A DNA stretch of 64,000 nt, from contig JAICWS010000004.1 in assembly GCA_025934695.1 (NCBI GenBank), forward strand, positions 26,666 through 90,665, read 5' to 3'. The stretch is from Alphaproteobacteria bacterium (GTDB lineage: Bacteria > Pseudomonadota > Alphaproteobacteria > Micavibrionales > UBA2020). Shown here one piece after another: positions 1 to 8,704 of the stretch (positions are counted from its first letter, which is position 1; every line of letters begins with the position of its first letter). The position numbers and the translations under genes were made by a program. The notes beneath the pieces are model-generated. The model did not search any database and was not told where the DNA came from. It saw only the letters and a program-made list of their open reading frames with translations.

Positions 1-66
1 TGGCGGCTGATGGAACGCATCCTGACGCGCAACAGCCTTGTCAAAACCATTTTCTGGGAGGAATAA
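1..66 (+). CDS. 3' end of an upstream gene (partial, unknown product)
   Basis: Frame 1 is open from base 1 (WRLMERILTRNSLVKTIFWEE) to TAA at 64-66, one base before the next ATG at 68. Confidence 0.5.
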   Translation, partial: WRLMERILTRNSLVKTIFWEE

Positions 67-67
67 G

Positions 68-1270
68 ATGCCCCTCAATCCCCTGACCGTCAAGCAGATG
101 AAAGACGGCACCCTGCGTTCGCTGCGCCTGCAAGGCCAGCCGCTGGACCAGCGCGACTGGAAGATCATCGGCAATTTCCTGCGCGTGACGACATCGCTGC
201 GCGACCTCGACCTGTCCTTCAGCCACGGCTCGCTCGAGCAACTGAGCGACGCGATCAAGCAGAACCGCTCGCTGACCAAGCTTGGCGCTTCGCAGCTCGT
301 GCAGGACCACAACATCACGACGCTGCTCGATATCGTAAAAGCCAATCCCGGCATCACGCAGCTGAACCTGAACAACTGCTATATGCAGGGGCAGGGCGTC
401 AATACGCTGGCGCGTTTCCTGAAGAGCCATCAGACGATGACCCATCTCTCGATGGACGGCATCAATTTCGAGGAACTCAACCCCGGTTTCGACCGCGGCA
501 TGGGGATCCCCAAGCTCTCGACGCTGAGCAAGGCGCTCACCGACAGCCCCAACCTGCTGGAATTCTCGCCCTCGACGCCTGAATTCGACAGCATCTGCAC
601 CGCCAACAAGCTGGCGGTCGACGGGCTGCTGAAAGCGGCGAAAGACGCGCCAGACCAGCTGACCGACAAGCAGGTCGAGTCCATCAAGACCCGCATGCCG
701 GCCTTCCTGCATATCGCGGAAACGCAGACGCGCAAGGCGGATGATATCGCACAGCTGCTCGTGAACATCGAGGACCGTGCGGCATCATTGGGCGTCGCCT
801 TCGAATTTCCCCAGCGCTACGCGGACCGCGCAACCGCATTGCCGCGTCCCTTTACGCCCTCGGCCGACAAGGTGGATTTCAGCACCCTCAAAGCCGCTGA
901 TCTCGCCAAACCCGAAGCAACGCCGCGCCTTTACAAGGCTGTGGAAGCGGGCCAGGTGGACGAGCTGCTGGCCTTCATGAAGCAGGAAGGCATCAAGATG
1001 AGCGCCGAAATCTGCCTCGTCAAAGCCGCCGGCAAGCGCGAGAATGTCATTCAGCTGATCGCCCGCCAGGGCAAGCTCGCGGCCGTGATGAACGTCGAGA
1101 CCTGGACCGGCGATCCGCGCGGCCTCAAGCAGGCGGTAGACGCCGTCCCGGCCCGCGAATGGCAGCGCCAGATGAAGGATATTCCGGCCGACCGGCTGAT
1201 CACGCAGGTCAACGCCGCCTCCTTCAAGGAGGCGAAGCGCCCGAAAGTTCAGCCCGCGGGACCGCGTTAA
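68..1270 (+). CDS. Ribonuclease-inhibitor-type leucine-rich-repeat protein with an unknown C-terminal domain
   Basis: LxxLxLxxN-type repeats (SLRDLDLSFS, GITQLNLNNC, TMTHLSMDGI). GGAGG at 57-61 favours ATG 68 over the ORF-track start at 38. Ends KRPKVQPAGPR. Confidence 0.75.
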   Translation: MPLNPLTVKQMKDGTLRSLRLQGQPLDQRDWKIIGNFLRVTTSLRDLDLSFSHGSLEQLSDAIKQNRSLTKLGASQLVQDHNITTLLDIVKANPGITQLNLNNCYMQGQGVNTLARFLKSHQTMTHLSMDGINFEELNPGFDRGMGIPKLSTLSKALTDSPNLLEFSPSTPEFDSICTANKLAVDGLLKAAKDAPDQLTDKQVESIKTRMPAFLHIAETQTRKADDIAQLLVNIEDRAASLGVAFEFPQRYADRATALPRPFTPSADKVDFSTLKAADLAKPEATPRLYKAVEAGQVDELLAFMKQEGIKMSAEICLVKAAGKRENVIQLIARQGKLAAVMNVETWTGDPRGLKQAVDAVPAREWQRQMKDIPADRLITQVNAASFKEAKRPKVQPAGPR

Positions 1271-1282
1271 GAAAGGCTTGCC

Positions 1283-1867
1283 GTGGCGTCCCTCCGGCGC
1301 ATCTTCAATCGGAAGCCCAGGCCGGCCCGGCCGGGCGAACTGCTGGCCGCCGTGCAGGCGGGCGACGTCAACGCTGCGCGCGCGCTGCTGGATCGTGGCG
1401 CCAAAGCCGGTGACAAGGACGGGGATGGCGCGACCTGCCTGATCCATGCCGCGCGCATCGGGAAGGTGGAGCTCGTCAAGTTGCTGCTCGACCATGGCGC
1501 GGACGTGGACGCGCAAGACCGGAACCGCGTTGCCGCGCTGAACCGCGCCGCAGAGAAGGGGCATGCTGATATCGTCGGGATGCTTATCGAGAGGGGCGCC
1601 GATGTGAATCTGCGAGACCGCTGGGGCTATACGTCCCTCATGTGGGCTGCCCATTACGGGCATGCCGACTGCGCCAAGCTGCTGCTCGCCCAGGGCGCGG
1701 ACACCTCGCCCAAAGACCGCCGTGGCTACACGGCGCTCGACCTCGCGGAGAAGCTCAAGCACCCCGAAGTAGCGATCCTGATCTGGGAGGCGCTTCCCGA
1801 CAAAGCGTCGCCGAAAGCAAAACCTCCGGCGCCGAAGGAAAAACCACCGGCTCCGCCGGGACCGTAA
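1283..1867 (+). CDS. Ankyrin-repeat protein
   Basis: About four ankyrin repeats (GATCLIHAA, GHADIVGMLIERGADVN, GYTSLMWAA, GYTALDLA); Pro/Lys-rich C-terminal tail. Confidence 0.92.
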   Translation: MASLRRIFNRKPRPARPGELLAAVQAGDVNAARALLDRGAKAGDKDGDGATCLIHAARIGKVELVKLLLDHGADVDAQDRNRVAALNRAAEKGHADIVGMLIERGADVNLRDRWGYTSLMWAAHYGHADCAKLLLAQGADTSPKDRRGYTALDLAEKLKHPEVAILIWEALPDKASPKAKPPAPKEKPPAPPGP

Positions 1868-1928
1868 ACCGCCTTGATAAATGCCGCGCCGGTGCTAGGG
1901 TGAAAGGCGGGTTCAGGGGAATTCCAGA

Positions 1929-2450
1929 ATGAACGAAAAAACATCCGATATCAGCATCGTCGCGACCACCGACGCCCATGCCGAAGGATTCAATCGCGTG
2001 CTGGGCATTCTCTGCCGCGAGAAAAAATTCCTCGCGGCGACCGAGCCGCCGCCGCTCGAAGGAACGCGCGCTTTCATCAAGACAATGCTCGAGCGCAAGG
2101 CCCCCACTTTCATGGTCATCAGCGGCGGCGAGGTCGTGGGCTGGTGCGATATCCAGCGCGGTAAGGGCGTGCACGAGCATGTCGGACTTCTGGGCATGGG
2201 GCTTCATCCGGATTTCCGCCACAAGGGTATCGGCTCGCGCCTGCTGCGGCACGCGCTCCAGGCGGCCTGGGGCTGCGGCATGACCCGTGTCGAGCTGATC
2301 GTGCGCGAGAAGAACGAAAACGCGGTCGCCATGTATAAAAAGGCCGGTTTCCAGCTCGAAGGGGTCAAGCGCAACTCGCACCGCATCGAGGGGAAGTACG
2401 AGAACGGATGCCTGATGGCCGTTCTTCATGGCGAAGCGGCTGGAGGCTGA
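1929..2450 (+). CDS. GNAT family N-acetyltransferase
   Basis: Acetyl-CoA motif A (HPDFRHKGIGSRLL) and NENAVAMYKKAGF. Confidence 0.92.
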   Translation: MNEKTSDISIVATTDAHAEGFNRVLGILCREKKFLAATEPPPLEGTRAFIKTMLERKAPTFMVISGGEVVGWCDIQRGKGVHEHVGLLGMGLHPDFRHKGIGSRLLRHALQAAWGCGMTRVELIVREKNENAVAMYKKAGFQLEGVKRNSHRIEGKYENGCLMAVLHGEAAGG

Positions 2451-2451
2451 C

Positions 2452-3027
2452 ATGCCCTGGCGGTCTCCATTCAAGCTCAATCTCGTCGCCTGCACCAAGG
2501 AAAAAGACTGGGCAAAGCTTGATCCTGCAACCGAGGCGATGCTGCCGCTGCCGCCGCATCCGGGCGCTTTCGGCGATGTGCGGCTGCGCCATGTCCATGA
2601 GGGCCTCGACCTTTATGCCGTGCCCGACACGCCGATTTACGCCATCGAGGACGGGCTGATCGTGGGCGTGACGCCCTTATCGGGCGGGGCCACGCGCGGC
2701 GGCTACTGGCACGATATGGAAGCGGTGCTGGTGCAGGGCAAAAGCGGACTGCTGGTTTATTGCGAATTCGCGCTGCTCAAGGGCCTTGCGCCCGCGCAGC
2801 AGGTGAAGGCGGGGGATCACCTGGGCAACATCTATCCCAAGGGATACCATTACAAGAACACGAACCGCAGCCAGGTGGACGAGGGGCACCGGTTTTTCCA
2901 CCTCGAGCTGCATCATCCCGAGATCCGCCTGCCGACGAAGTGGCCGGTCGGCCAGCCGAAGCCTTCCACGCTCCATGATCCGACGCCGTTCCTCATGGAA
3001 ATCATTTCGCGCAAGGTCAAGGGGTAA
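2452..3027 (+). CDS. M23 family peptidase-like protein
   Basis: HEGLDL (HxxxD), TPIYAIEDG, VKAGDHLG; the HxH motif is degenerate (FFHLELH). GGAGG RBS precedes ATG 2452. Confidence 0.75.
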   Translation: MPWRSPFKLNLVACTKEKDWAKLDPATEAMLPLPPHPGAFGDVRLRHVHEGLDLYAVPDTPIYAIEDGLIVGVTPLSGGATRGGYWHDMEAVLVQGKSGLLVYCEFALLKGLAPAQQVKAGDHLGNIYPKGYHYKNTNRSQVDEGHRFFHLELHHPEIRLPTKWPVGQPKPSTLHDPTPFLMEIISRKVKG

Positions 3028-3028
3028 G

Positions 3029-3075
3029 GAAAAACCCCGCTGTCCTTGCGGCCAGCGGGGTTGATCGGTCTTTTT
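3029..3075. terminator. Intrinsic terminator, probably bidirectional
   Basis: Stem AACCCCGCTG (3033-3042) / CAGCGGGGTT (3053-3062) with flanking A and T tracts, between convergent genes. Confidence 0.75.
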
Positions 3076-3095
3076 CAGTCTTCAGTTATGGTTCT

Positions 3096-4859
3096 TTACG
3101 AGTTCGAACCGCCAAAGCTGGGCGCCGACGGCGCGCTGTAGCGGTCGTCATCGTCGCGGCTGTTGCTGTTCGACGGCGTCTGCGGCGTGTCGAACAGGCT
3201 GCTGTCGCGCGACGGGCTGTAGCCGCGGTCGTTCGAGTAGGACGGAGACGGCTGGCTGGACGCATCGGAGATCGCCGTGTCGAACAGCACGTCCGCGCTG
3301 CTGGAAGCAGTGCGGTTGTCGTTCGAGGCGGAGTCGAAGGTGCTGCCGAGACCCGAGTTGCCGCTGGCGGCGGCCGGCGTATCGAACAGGAGATCGTTCG
3401 TCTGGTAATTGTCGACGCCGAGGTCGGACATCTGCTTCTGGACTTCCGGCGAGGTGTCGAACACCGATGCGGGAACGCCCAGCGTGGAGGCTTGGCTCTT
3501 GTCGACGCCCATGAGCTCGGTCGTGTAGGACGAAACCGGGTTCGGGGAATAGTCGTAGTGGTTGTGCACTTCGTAGGTGCGGTTCGAGTTGAGCATGTCG
3601 TTCAGGAGCATCAGTTCAAAGAAGTCCGGAGAACGATCCACATACACCACCGTCGAGGGCGGGTTGTAGGAACGCGTGCGGTTCCAGGACTGGTTCGCGG
3701 CGGTCGCGTAGTTGTCGTACTCCTGGATGCGCGCGCGGTTGCGGGCCTGCAGTTCGGCCATATCCACGTCGACCTTTTTGTAGGCGGGGACGCGGCTGAT
3801 CTTGGCGTACTGCTCGGCGGCCTTGGTGTAGTTGTCGTTGGCCGTCTGGATCTTCGTGTCGACGCCTTCCTCGAGCTTGTCGAGGGTGGCGACTTTCGCG
3901 ATCATCAGCGGAACGCTGGCCGGGAAGTCTTCGCCGTACTGGCCCTTGATGGCCGTGACGAAAGCCGGGGTCGCGAAGTAGGACGCAATCTTGTCCTGTG
4001 CGAGGGCGAGGATCTGGTCGTCGGTCTTGATCTGGCTTTCGACCTGGCCGAACTGGCGCACGAGGGTGCTGGCCGCCTGCTGGGTAGCGGCTGCGGTCTG
4101 CGCGGCGTTGTTAGCGGTGGCGACGGCTTGTTCAAAGCCTGCGTTCTCAGTCTTCGCGGCGGCGAGGTCGGAGAAGGCGTCCTTCGTGCCCTGCTTGTGG
4201 CCATAGTCTTTCATGGCCTTGCGCACTTCACGGTATTGTTCGCCCTTGGTCACGAACCACCAGGCTTTCTGGAAGAGGTTCTTGGGCTCGTAGAAGGCGC
4301 GGTTGTCGGAAGTGAGTTCAACGCCGCCCGACTTCTTGATTTTTTCGTCGAGCTGGACGAGTTCGTATTTGCCGGTCTGCTGCCAGGCGCTGAGGTCGCT
4401 GGAGGCTTTCGCGGCGGCCTGACGGGCGGTTTCGCCTGCGGTAGCTGCCGTCTGGACCGCTTCCTGCGCTTCCTGATAGCGCTTCTGGAAGCCATCGGCG
4501 TCGATGGTGTCGGTGAGGGATGCGTTGATCTGCTTCAGCGCGTCGTCGCGGTTGAGTTGCAGCTTCTTGACGTAGAAGGAAACGCTTTGCGCGCCCAGTT
4601 CGGGAACGTTCTGCGAGACGCGCGACAGATCGTCGATCTTGCCGTCGGTCAGGCTGGTGAAGGTGGTGCGGACGAAGGTCTTGACGGTGTCGTCGAGCTC
4701 TTCCTTGATTTCGGTTTTTGCTTTTTCGATGTTCGCTTTTTCATCCGCGAGTTTCTGTGCGGCGGAACGAAGCTGTTGGGTAAAGCTGCCCAGCTCAAGG
4801 GCGACTTCGCGCGCGGTTGCAGGCTGGTTCGACTGCGGAGCGGTATTTTCATTTGCCAT
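3096..4859 (-). CDS. Hypothetical coiled-coil protein with an acidic Ser-rich disordered C-terminus
   Basis: 587 aa with host-like codon usage; long Ala/Gln/Lys helical segments; five FD[TS] motifs near the C-terminus. Confidence 0.8.
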   Translation of the reverse strand: MANENTAPQSNQPATAREVALELGSFTQQLRSAAQKLADEKANIEKAKTEIKEELDDTVKTFVRTTFTSLTDGKIDDLSRVSQNVPELGAQSVSFYVKKLQLNRDDALKQINASLTDTIDADGFQKRYQEAQEAVQTAATAGETARQAAAKASSDLSAWQQTGKYELVQLDEKIKKSGGVELTSDNRAFYEPKNLFQKAWWFVTKGEQYREVRKAMKDYGHKQGTKDAFSDLAAAKTENAGFEQAVATANNAAQTAAATQQAASTLVRQFGQVESQIKTDDQILALAQDKIASYFATPAFVTAIKGQYGEDFPASVPLMIAKVATLDKLEEGVDTKIQTANDNYTKAAEQYAKISRVPAYKKVDVDMAELQARNRARIQEYDNYATAANQSWNRTRSYNPPSTVVYVDRSPDFFELMLLNDMLNSNRTYEVHNHYDYSPNPVSSYTTELMGVDKSQASTLGVPASVFDTSPEVQKQMSDLGVDNYQTNDLLFDTPAAASGNSGLGSTFDSASNDNRTASSSADVLFDTAISDASSQPSPSYSNDRGYSPSRDSSLFDTPQTPSNSNSRDDDDRYSAPSAPSFGGSNS

Positions 4860-4998
4860 GATTTTTACACCTTCTATGCGTCTCGTGGGAGAATTTGTTG
4901 TTACGTTTCGAATTCAAAAAGACCAATCAAAACAAGCTACTAGTTAAGAACAAGCCGGATTCGTTTAGTCGCCCATCCTTTTACCATATCATTTTCAA

Positions 4999-6390
4999 TT
5001 ATGTCAATTCTTTCTTGAAGAATCTCGCGAACGGATTTTTTTTCGGCAGCGAAAGCAATGGCGAAGCGCGCTTGGGGGCGGGAGGCGCGATGCCGATGCC
5101 TTTCTTTTCGAGCAGACCCGAGATCGTTGCGATCGTGTTCGCGGCGCCATCAAAGTTGAGTCGCGGCTTCGCGCTGTTGTCGGATGTCTGACGCGCGTAT
5201 TCCTTCGCGAGGATGTCGGCGAACTTGTCGCCCTTCATCACGTCGTTCGGATGCGCGTAGGTCGCATAGCCCTTTTCGCTCAGGCGCTCCAGGCGGTAAA
5301 TCTGTTCGGAATGGACTTTCATGCGGCCATTGTAGAAGGCGAAGTTCGGCACCAGCACGGCGGGCACGCCGGTCGCCAGCGTTTCGAGCGTCGTGTTGTA
5401 CCCCGCAAAAGACACCGAGAAAGCCGCATTCGCCAGCAGCGACGTGAAGTCCTTGCGGTAATGCTCGACCTCGATCGGATAGCCCGAGCGTTCGGAAACC
5501 TGCTTGGCCCAGTCCTCGATCTCGCGGTAGGAATTGGGCTCGAAACGCGGACCGGAAATGATCTTGACCGGGCGGTTGACGAGCTTTGCCGCCTCCGGGT
5601 CCTTTTCGCGGCGGTCGAGAAGCTTTTCCCAGGCGGTCAGGAACGAGAAGATCAGCTCGTGGCAGTCCGCCCCCGCGCCGCAGGAGACGATGACCGGCGC
5701 AGACGGATCGGTCGGCGATACCGTGCGCTTGGGCATTTCGTCGACGACATAGCCGGTATAGATGACGGGCACCTTCAGCTGGTCGACGGAATCGAAGGTT
5801 TCGCTTAAGGGGATGAAATCCGGATCGCCGTGGACGAGGACGGCGTCGAAGTTCTCGTTGATAGTTTTGACGGCGAAGGCTTCGCGCGCCTTGTATCTTG
5901 CTTCCATTTCCGGCGATTTGGTCTCCGATGGCGCGTCGAGCACGTCGCGCACCGAGGCGAGTTTCAGCATGCGGCCGTCGCCCTTCGTCGCGGCGAGGAT
6001 GGCGTTCATCTCATCGTCCACCTGCGGGCGGTTGAACGGCCAGAATTCGGAGATCAGCACGTCAGGTTGAACCTTTTCCAGGTTTTTGAGATGCGCCTTG
6101 GTGCGCTGTCCTTTCAGCGCGGCTTCGTTGTAGTCATGCTTGATGGTGCGCGTGCCATCCGCGTTCAGCGTGAAGAAGGAATCGCGTCCGCGGATGACGA
6201 GCTGCGGAATCTGTTTCAGGTTCGCGCCGGCGAAGAATCGCTCGGGATCGACGAAGGAGCCGCTCGCCACGGTGACCTCGAGGCCGGCCTTCACCATTTC
6301 GCGCACGAGTTTGCCGGTGCGATTCAAATGGCCGAGGCCCATCAGGCTTTCGACCGGGAAATAGACGTTTCCTTTTTCCGCCGGCTTCAT
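4999..6390 (-). CDS. GT-B glycosyltransferase (COG4671 / GT28 C-terminal-like), paralog 2
   Basis: ESLMGLGH, SVRDVLD, VLVHGD, SFAGYNTTLE, EQIYR motifs. Confidence 0.85.
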   Translation of the reverse strand: MKPAEKGNVYFPVESLMGLGHLNRTGKLVREMVKAGLEVTVASGSFVDPERFFAGANLKQIPQLVIRGRDSFFTLNADGTRTIKHDYNEAALKGQRTKAHLKNLEKVQPDVLISEFWPFNRPQVDDEMNAILAATKGDGRMLKLASVRDVLDAPSETKSPEMEARYKAREAFAVKTINENFDAVLVHGDPDFIPLSETFDSVDQLKVPVIYTGYVVDEMPKRTVSPTDPSAPVIVSCGAGADCHELIFSFLTAWEKLLDRREKDPEAAKLVNRPVKIISGPRFEPNSYREIEDWAKQVSERSGYPIEVEHYRKDFTSLLANAAFSVSFAGYNTTLETLATGVPAVLVPNFAFYNGRMKVHSEQIYRLERLSEKGYATYAHPNDVMKGDKFADILAKEYARQTSDNSAKPRLNFDGAANTIATISGLLEKKGIGIAPPAPKRASPLLSLPKKNPFARFFKKELT

Positions 6391-7751
6391 GCAGGCACCT
6401 GCGGCGTGATTTGCTTTGCGGCTGAAGAGGCCGGGGCGGGCGTGGCGGCGCGTTTCTTTTCGAGAAGCTCCCCGATTGCTGCGACCGTGTTTTTGGCGCC
6501 GTCGAAGTTCAGTTTCGGGCGTACTTTGCCGCTACGGGTCTGCTGCACGAATTCCTTCAGCAGGAGATTGCTGAACAGTTTCGGGTCCTGGACTTCCTTC
6601 GGGTGCGCGTAAGACGCCAGATCATTCTCGCTCAGCCGCTCGAGCCGGTAGAGCTGCTCGGTGCTCCAGCGCATGTGGCCCTGCACGTAGGAATATTTGG
6701 GAACCATGAGCGCGGGCACTTCCATCGCGAGCGTTTCGAGTGTCGTATTGTACCCCGCGAGCGAAACGGAAAATGCCGCGCCGGCCAGGACCTGCGTGAA
6801 GTCGTTCCGGTAGCCTTCGACCTTGATATCGATCCCGCGGTCATGGCCCAGCATTTTTGCCCATTCATTGACATCGCGCAAAGCGTCGGGATCGAAGCGG
6901 GGGCCGCAGATGATGTGCACGGGATGCTGGACGAGGTCGGCCGCGTCGGGGTCGCTGGGCTTGCGGTCGAGAAGGCGCTCCCAAGCGGTCAGAAAGGCGA
7001 AGACGAGCTCGTGCCCATCCACGCCGGAGCCGCAGGAGACGACGATGGGCGCCTTCTTGTCGTCGGGCGACACAGCGCGCTTCGGCAGGTCGTCGATGAC
7101 ATAGCCGGTGTAGATCACGGGCTTCTTGATCTCGTCGGCGACGGGGCAGGTTTCGCTCAAGGGGATGAATTTCGCGTCGCCATGGACGAGAACCGCGTCG
7201 TATTTTTCGTTGATTTCCTTCACCGCCCAGGCCTGGCGCTCGGCGCGCTGGCGATCGATGTCGGGATTTTTTTCGCGGTCCATGTCGTAGGGCGTGTCGA
7301 GCACATCGCGCACCGAAGCGATGCGCAGGCCTGTCGCGCTGCCTGCCGCAGTGGCGTTCAGCAGGGCCTCCATTTCCTGGTCGAGGAAGGGACGGTCAAA
7401 GGGCCAGAATTCGGTGAGGATGACATCGGGTTTGGCGGCTGTGGCCAAAGTCACATGCGTATCCGTGCGTTCCATGCGGCGCGCGGCTTCGTTGAAGTTG
7501 GGTTGCAGCTTGCGCTGCCCATCGGCGCCCAGAATGTACCAGTTGTTCTCCCGGCGCGAGGCGATGGGAGGAATCTGCTTGCAGTCTGCGCCCGCAAAGA
7601 ACCGCTCGGGATCGACGAAGGAACCGCTCGCGACGGTCACCTGCATGCCGGCCTTCACCATCTCCCGCACCAGCTTGCCGGTGCGGTTGAAGTGGCCAAG
7701 GCCAGTCAGACTTTCTACGGGAATATATGCCTTCTCGCCGTCGAGACTCAT
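6387..7751 (-). CDS. GT-B glycosyltransferase (COG4671-like), paralog 1
   Basis: Same motifs (ESLTGLGH, SVRDVLD, VLVHGD, SLAGYNTTLE); ATGA overlap with the downstream paralog. Confidence 0.85.
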   Translation of the reverse strand: MSLDGEKAYIPVESLTGLGHFNRTGKLVREMVKAGMQVTVASGSFVDPERFFAGADCKQIPPIASRRENNWYILGADGQRKLQPNFNEAARRMERTDTHVTLATAAKPDVILTEFWPFDRPFLDQEMEALLNATAAGSATGLRIASVRDVLDTPYDMDREKNPDIDRQRAERQAWAVKEINEKYDAVLVHGDAKFIPLSETCPVADEIKKPVIYTGYVIDDLPKRAVSPDDKKAPIVVSCGSGVDGHELVFAFLTAWERLLDRKPSDPDAADLVQHPVHIICGPRFDPDALRDVNEWAKMLGHDRGIDIKVEGYRNDFTQVLAGAAFSVSLAGYNTTLETLAMEVPALMVPKYSYVQGHMRWSTEQLYRLERLSENDLASYAHPKEVQDPKLFSNLLLKEFVQQTRSGKVRPKLNFDGAKNTVAAIGELLEKKRAATPAPASSAAKQITPQVPA

Positions 7752-7784
7752 GCCTGAATCATCCGTTTCTTATTTTGCACGGGG

Positions 7785-7813
7785 ATAGTAGCAATTTATA
7801 TTTGTTATGTCAA
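7785..7813 (-). promoter_or_regulatory. Sigma70-like promoter for the glycosyltransferase pair
   Basis: Minus strand TTGACA-N17-TACTAT. Confidence 0.6.
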
Positions 7814-7854
7814 ATATTTTTTACGACAAATAATAGATGCAACTAACTGAATTC

Positions 7855-7899
7855 AAATAAAAATCAGCCTCGCGGCCATTTTGGCGGCGAGGCTGATTT
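7855..7899 (-). terminator. Intrinsic terminator of the lipoprotein gene
   Basis: 13-bp stem AAATCAGCCTCGC / GCGAGGCTGATTT followed on the minus strand by a T-rich tract. Confidence 0.75.
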
Positions 7900-7922
7900 G
7901 GTCTCGATCCGAGCGCTGAAGA

Positions 7923-8378
7923 TTACTGCAGCTTGATCGGGTTGTGGATCGTCGGAACGAAGTTGTGGTGTTCGACCAGGACTTTCGCCTTGGTGACATG
8001 ATCGTTCAGGGTGATGGCATATTCGAAGGTGGTCGAGTTGCCATGCCATTTGCCGTCCACGAGGTCGGTGAAGTCGGCGTTCGCGGTGCCTTTGCCGATG
8101 TCGGCATTGACCGTGTAGCCCATGGCCTTCAGGCGCGCGATGTCGGTGCCTTCCATCTTGGCGATCTTTGCTGCTTTTTCATCCGGCGTATCGCCCTTGT
8201 GCTGGGCGGGTGCCGCTGCGGGAGCCGGCGTCGCCGCTTGCGTCGCGGTCTGCGTGACGTTCGTCTGCTGCGGCTGGCTGGCCGACTTGTGATTGTCGCA
8301 ACCGACAACACCGAGCGTAGCGGCGGCGGCGAAAACTGCGACGAGGGCTTTTTGTTTGAATTTCATCATCTGCTCCAT
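7923..8378 (-). CDS. Small lipoprotein of unknown function
   Basis: Basic N-terminus, hydrophobic stretch, lipobox VVG-C, Gln/Thr/Ala/Pro linker. The exact start Met is uncertain. Confidence 0.75.
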   Translation of the reverse strand: MEQMMKFKQKALVAVFAAAATLGVVGCDNHKSASQPQQTNVTQTATQAATPAPAAAPAQHKGDTPDEKAAKIAKMEGTDIARLKAMGYTVNADIGKGTANADFTDLVDGKWHGNSTTFEYAITLNDHVTKAKVLVEHHNFVPTIHNPIKLQ

Positions 8379-8473
8379 TTTTTGAGCCGGGGGATTGAAG
8401 GCCTGCCGGCATTAAACACACACTCTGACGTAAACATACCCTCGAGTGCCGGGGGTAATATTATGAATAACGC

Positions 8474-8502
8474 ACCATATACGCCGACCCCGATTCTGTC
8501 AA
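8474..8502 (-). promoter_or_regulatory. Sigma70-like promoter for the lipoprotein gene
   Basis: Minus strand TTGACA-N17-TATGGT. Confidence 0.5.
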
Positions 8503-8568
8503 TAGTCATAATCCGCGCGCTTGCTCAAAAACGCCGCATCCGTATGAGAAAAAATCCGCCTCTTTTTA

Positions 8569-8611
8569 TTTTCCGTAATCATAAAATGAAATTTCTATTT
8601 TTCCGTAATCA
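8569..8611 (+). repeat. 13-bp direct repeat TTTTCCGTAATCA x2 with a 30-bp period (possible operator)
   Basis: Exact copies at 8569-8581 and 8599-8611 in a divergent AT-rich intergenic region. Confidence 0.6.
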
Positions 8612-8704
8612 CACTTTCGGTTTGACTGAATATGAAAAAAGTGAGATGTTCTCCCGGCAATTCGCCGTCGACTCAAAGACTGGCGGGAAATTTCAGAAAA
8701 AAGG

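Noticed and set aside
2452-3027. M23 gene as a prophage lysin
   Set aside because: No phage structural, holin or integrase genes anywhere in the window.
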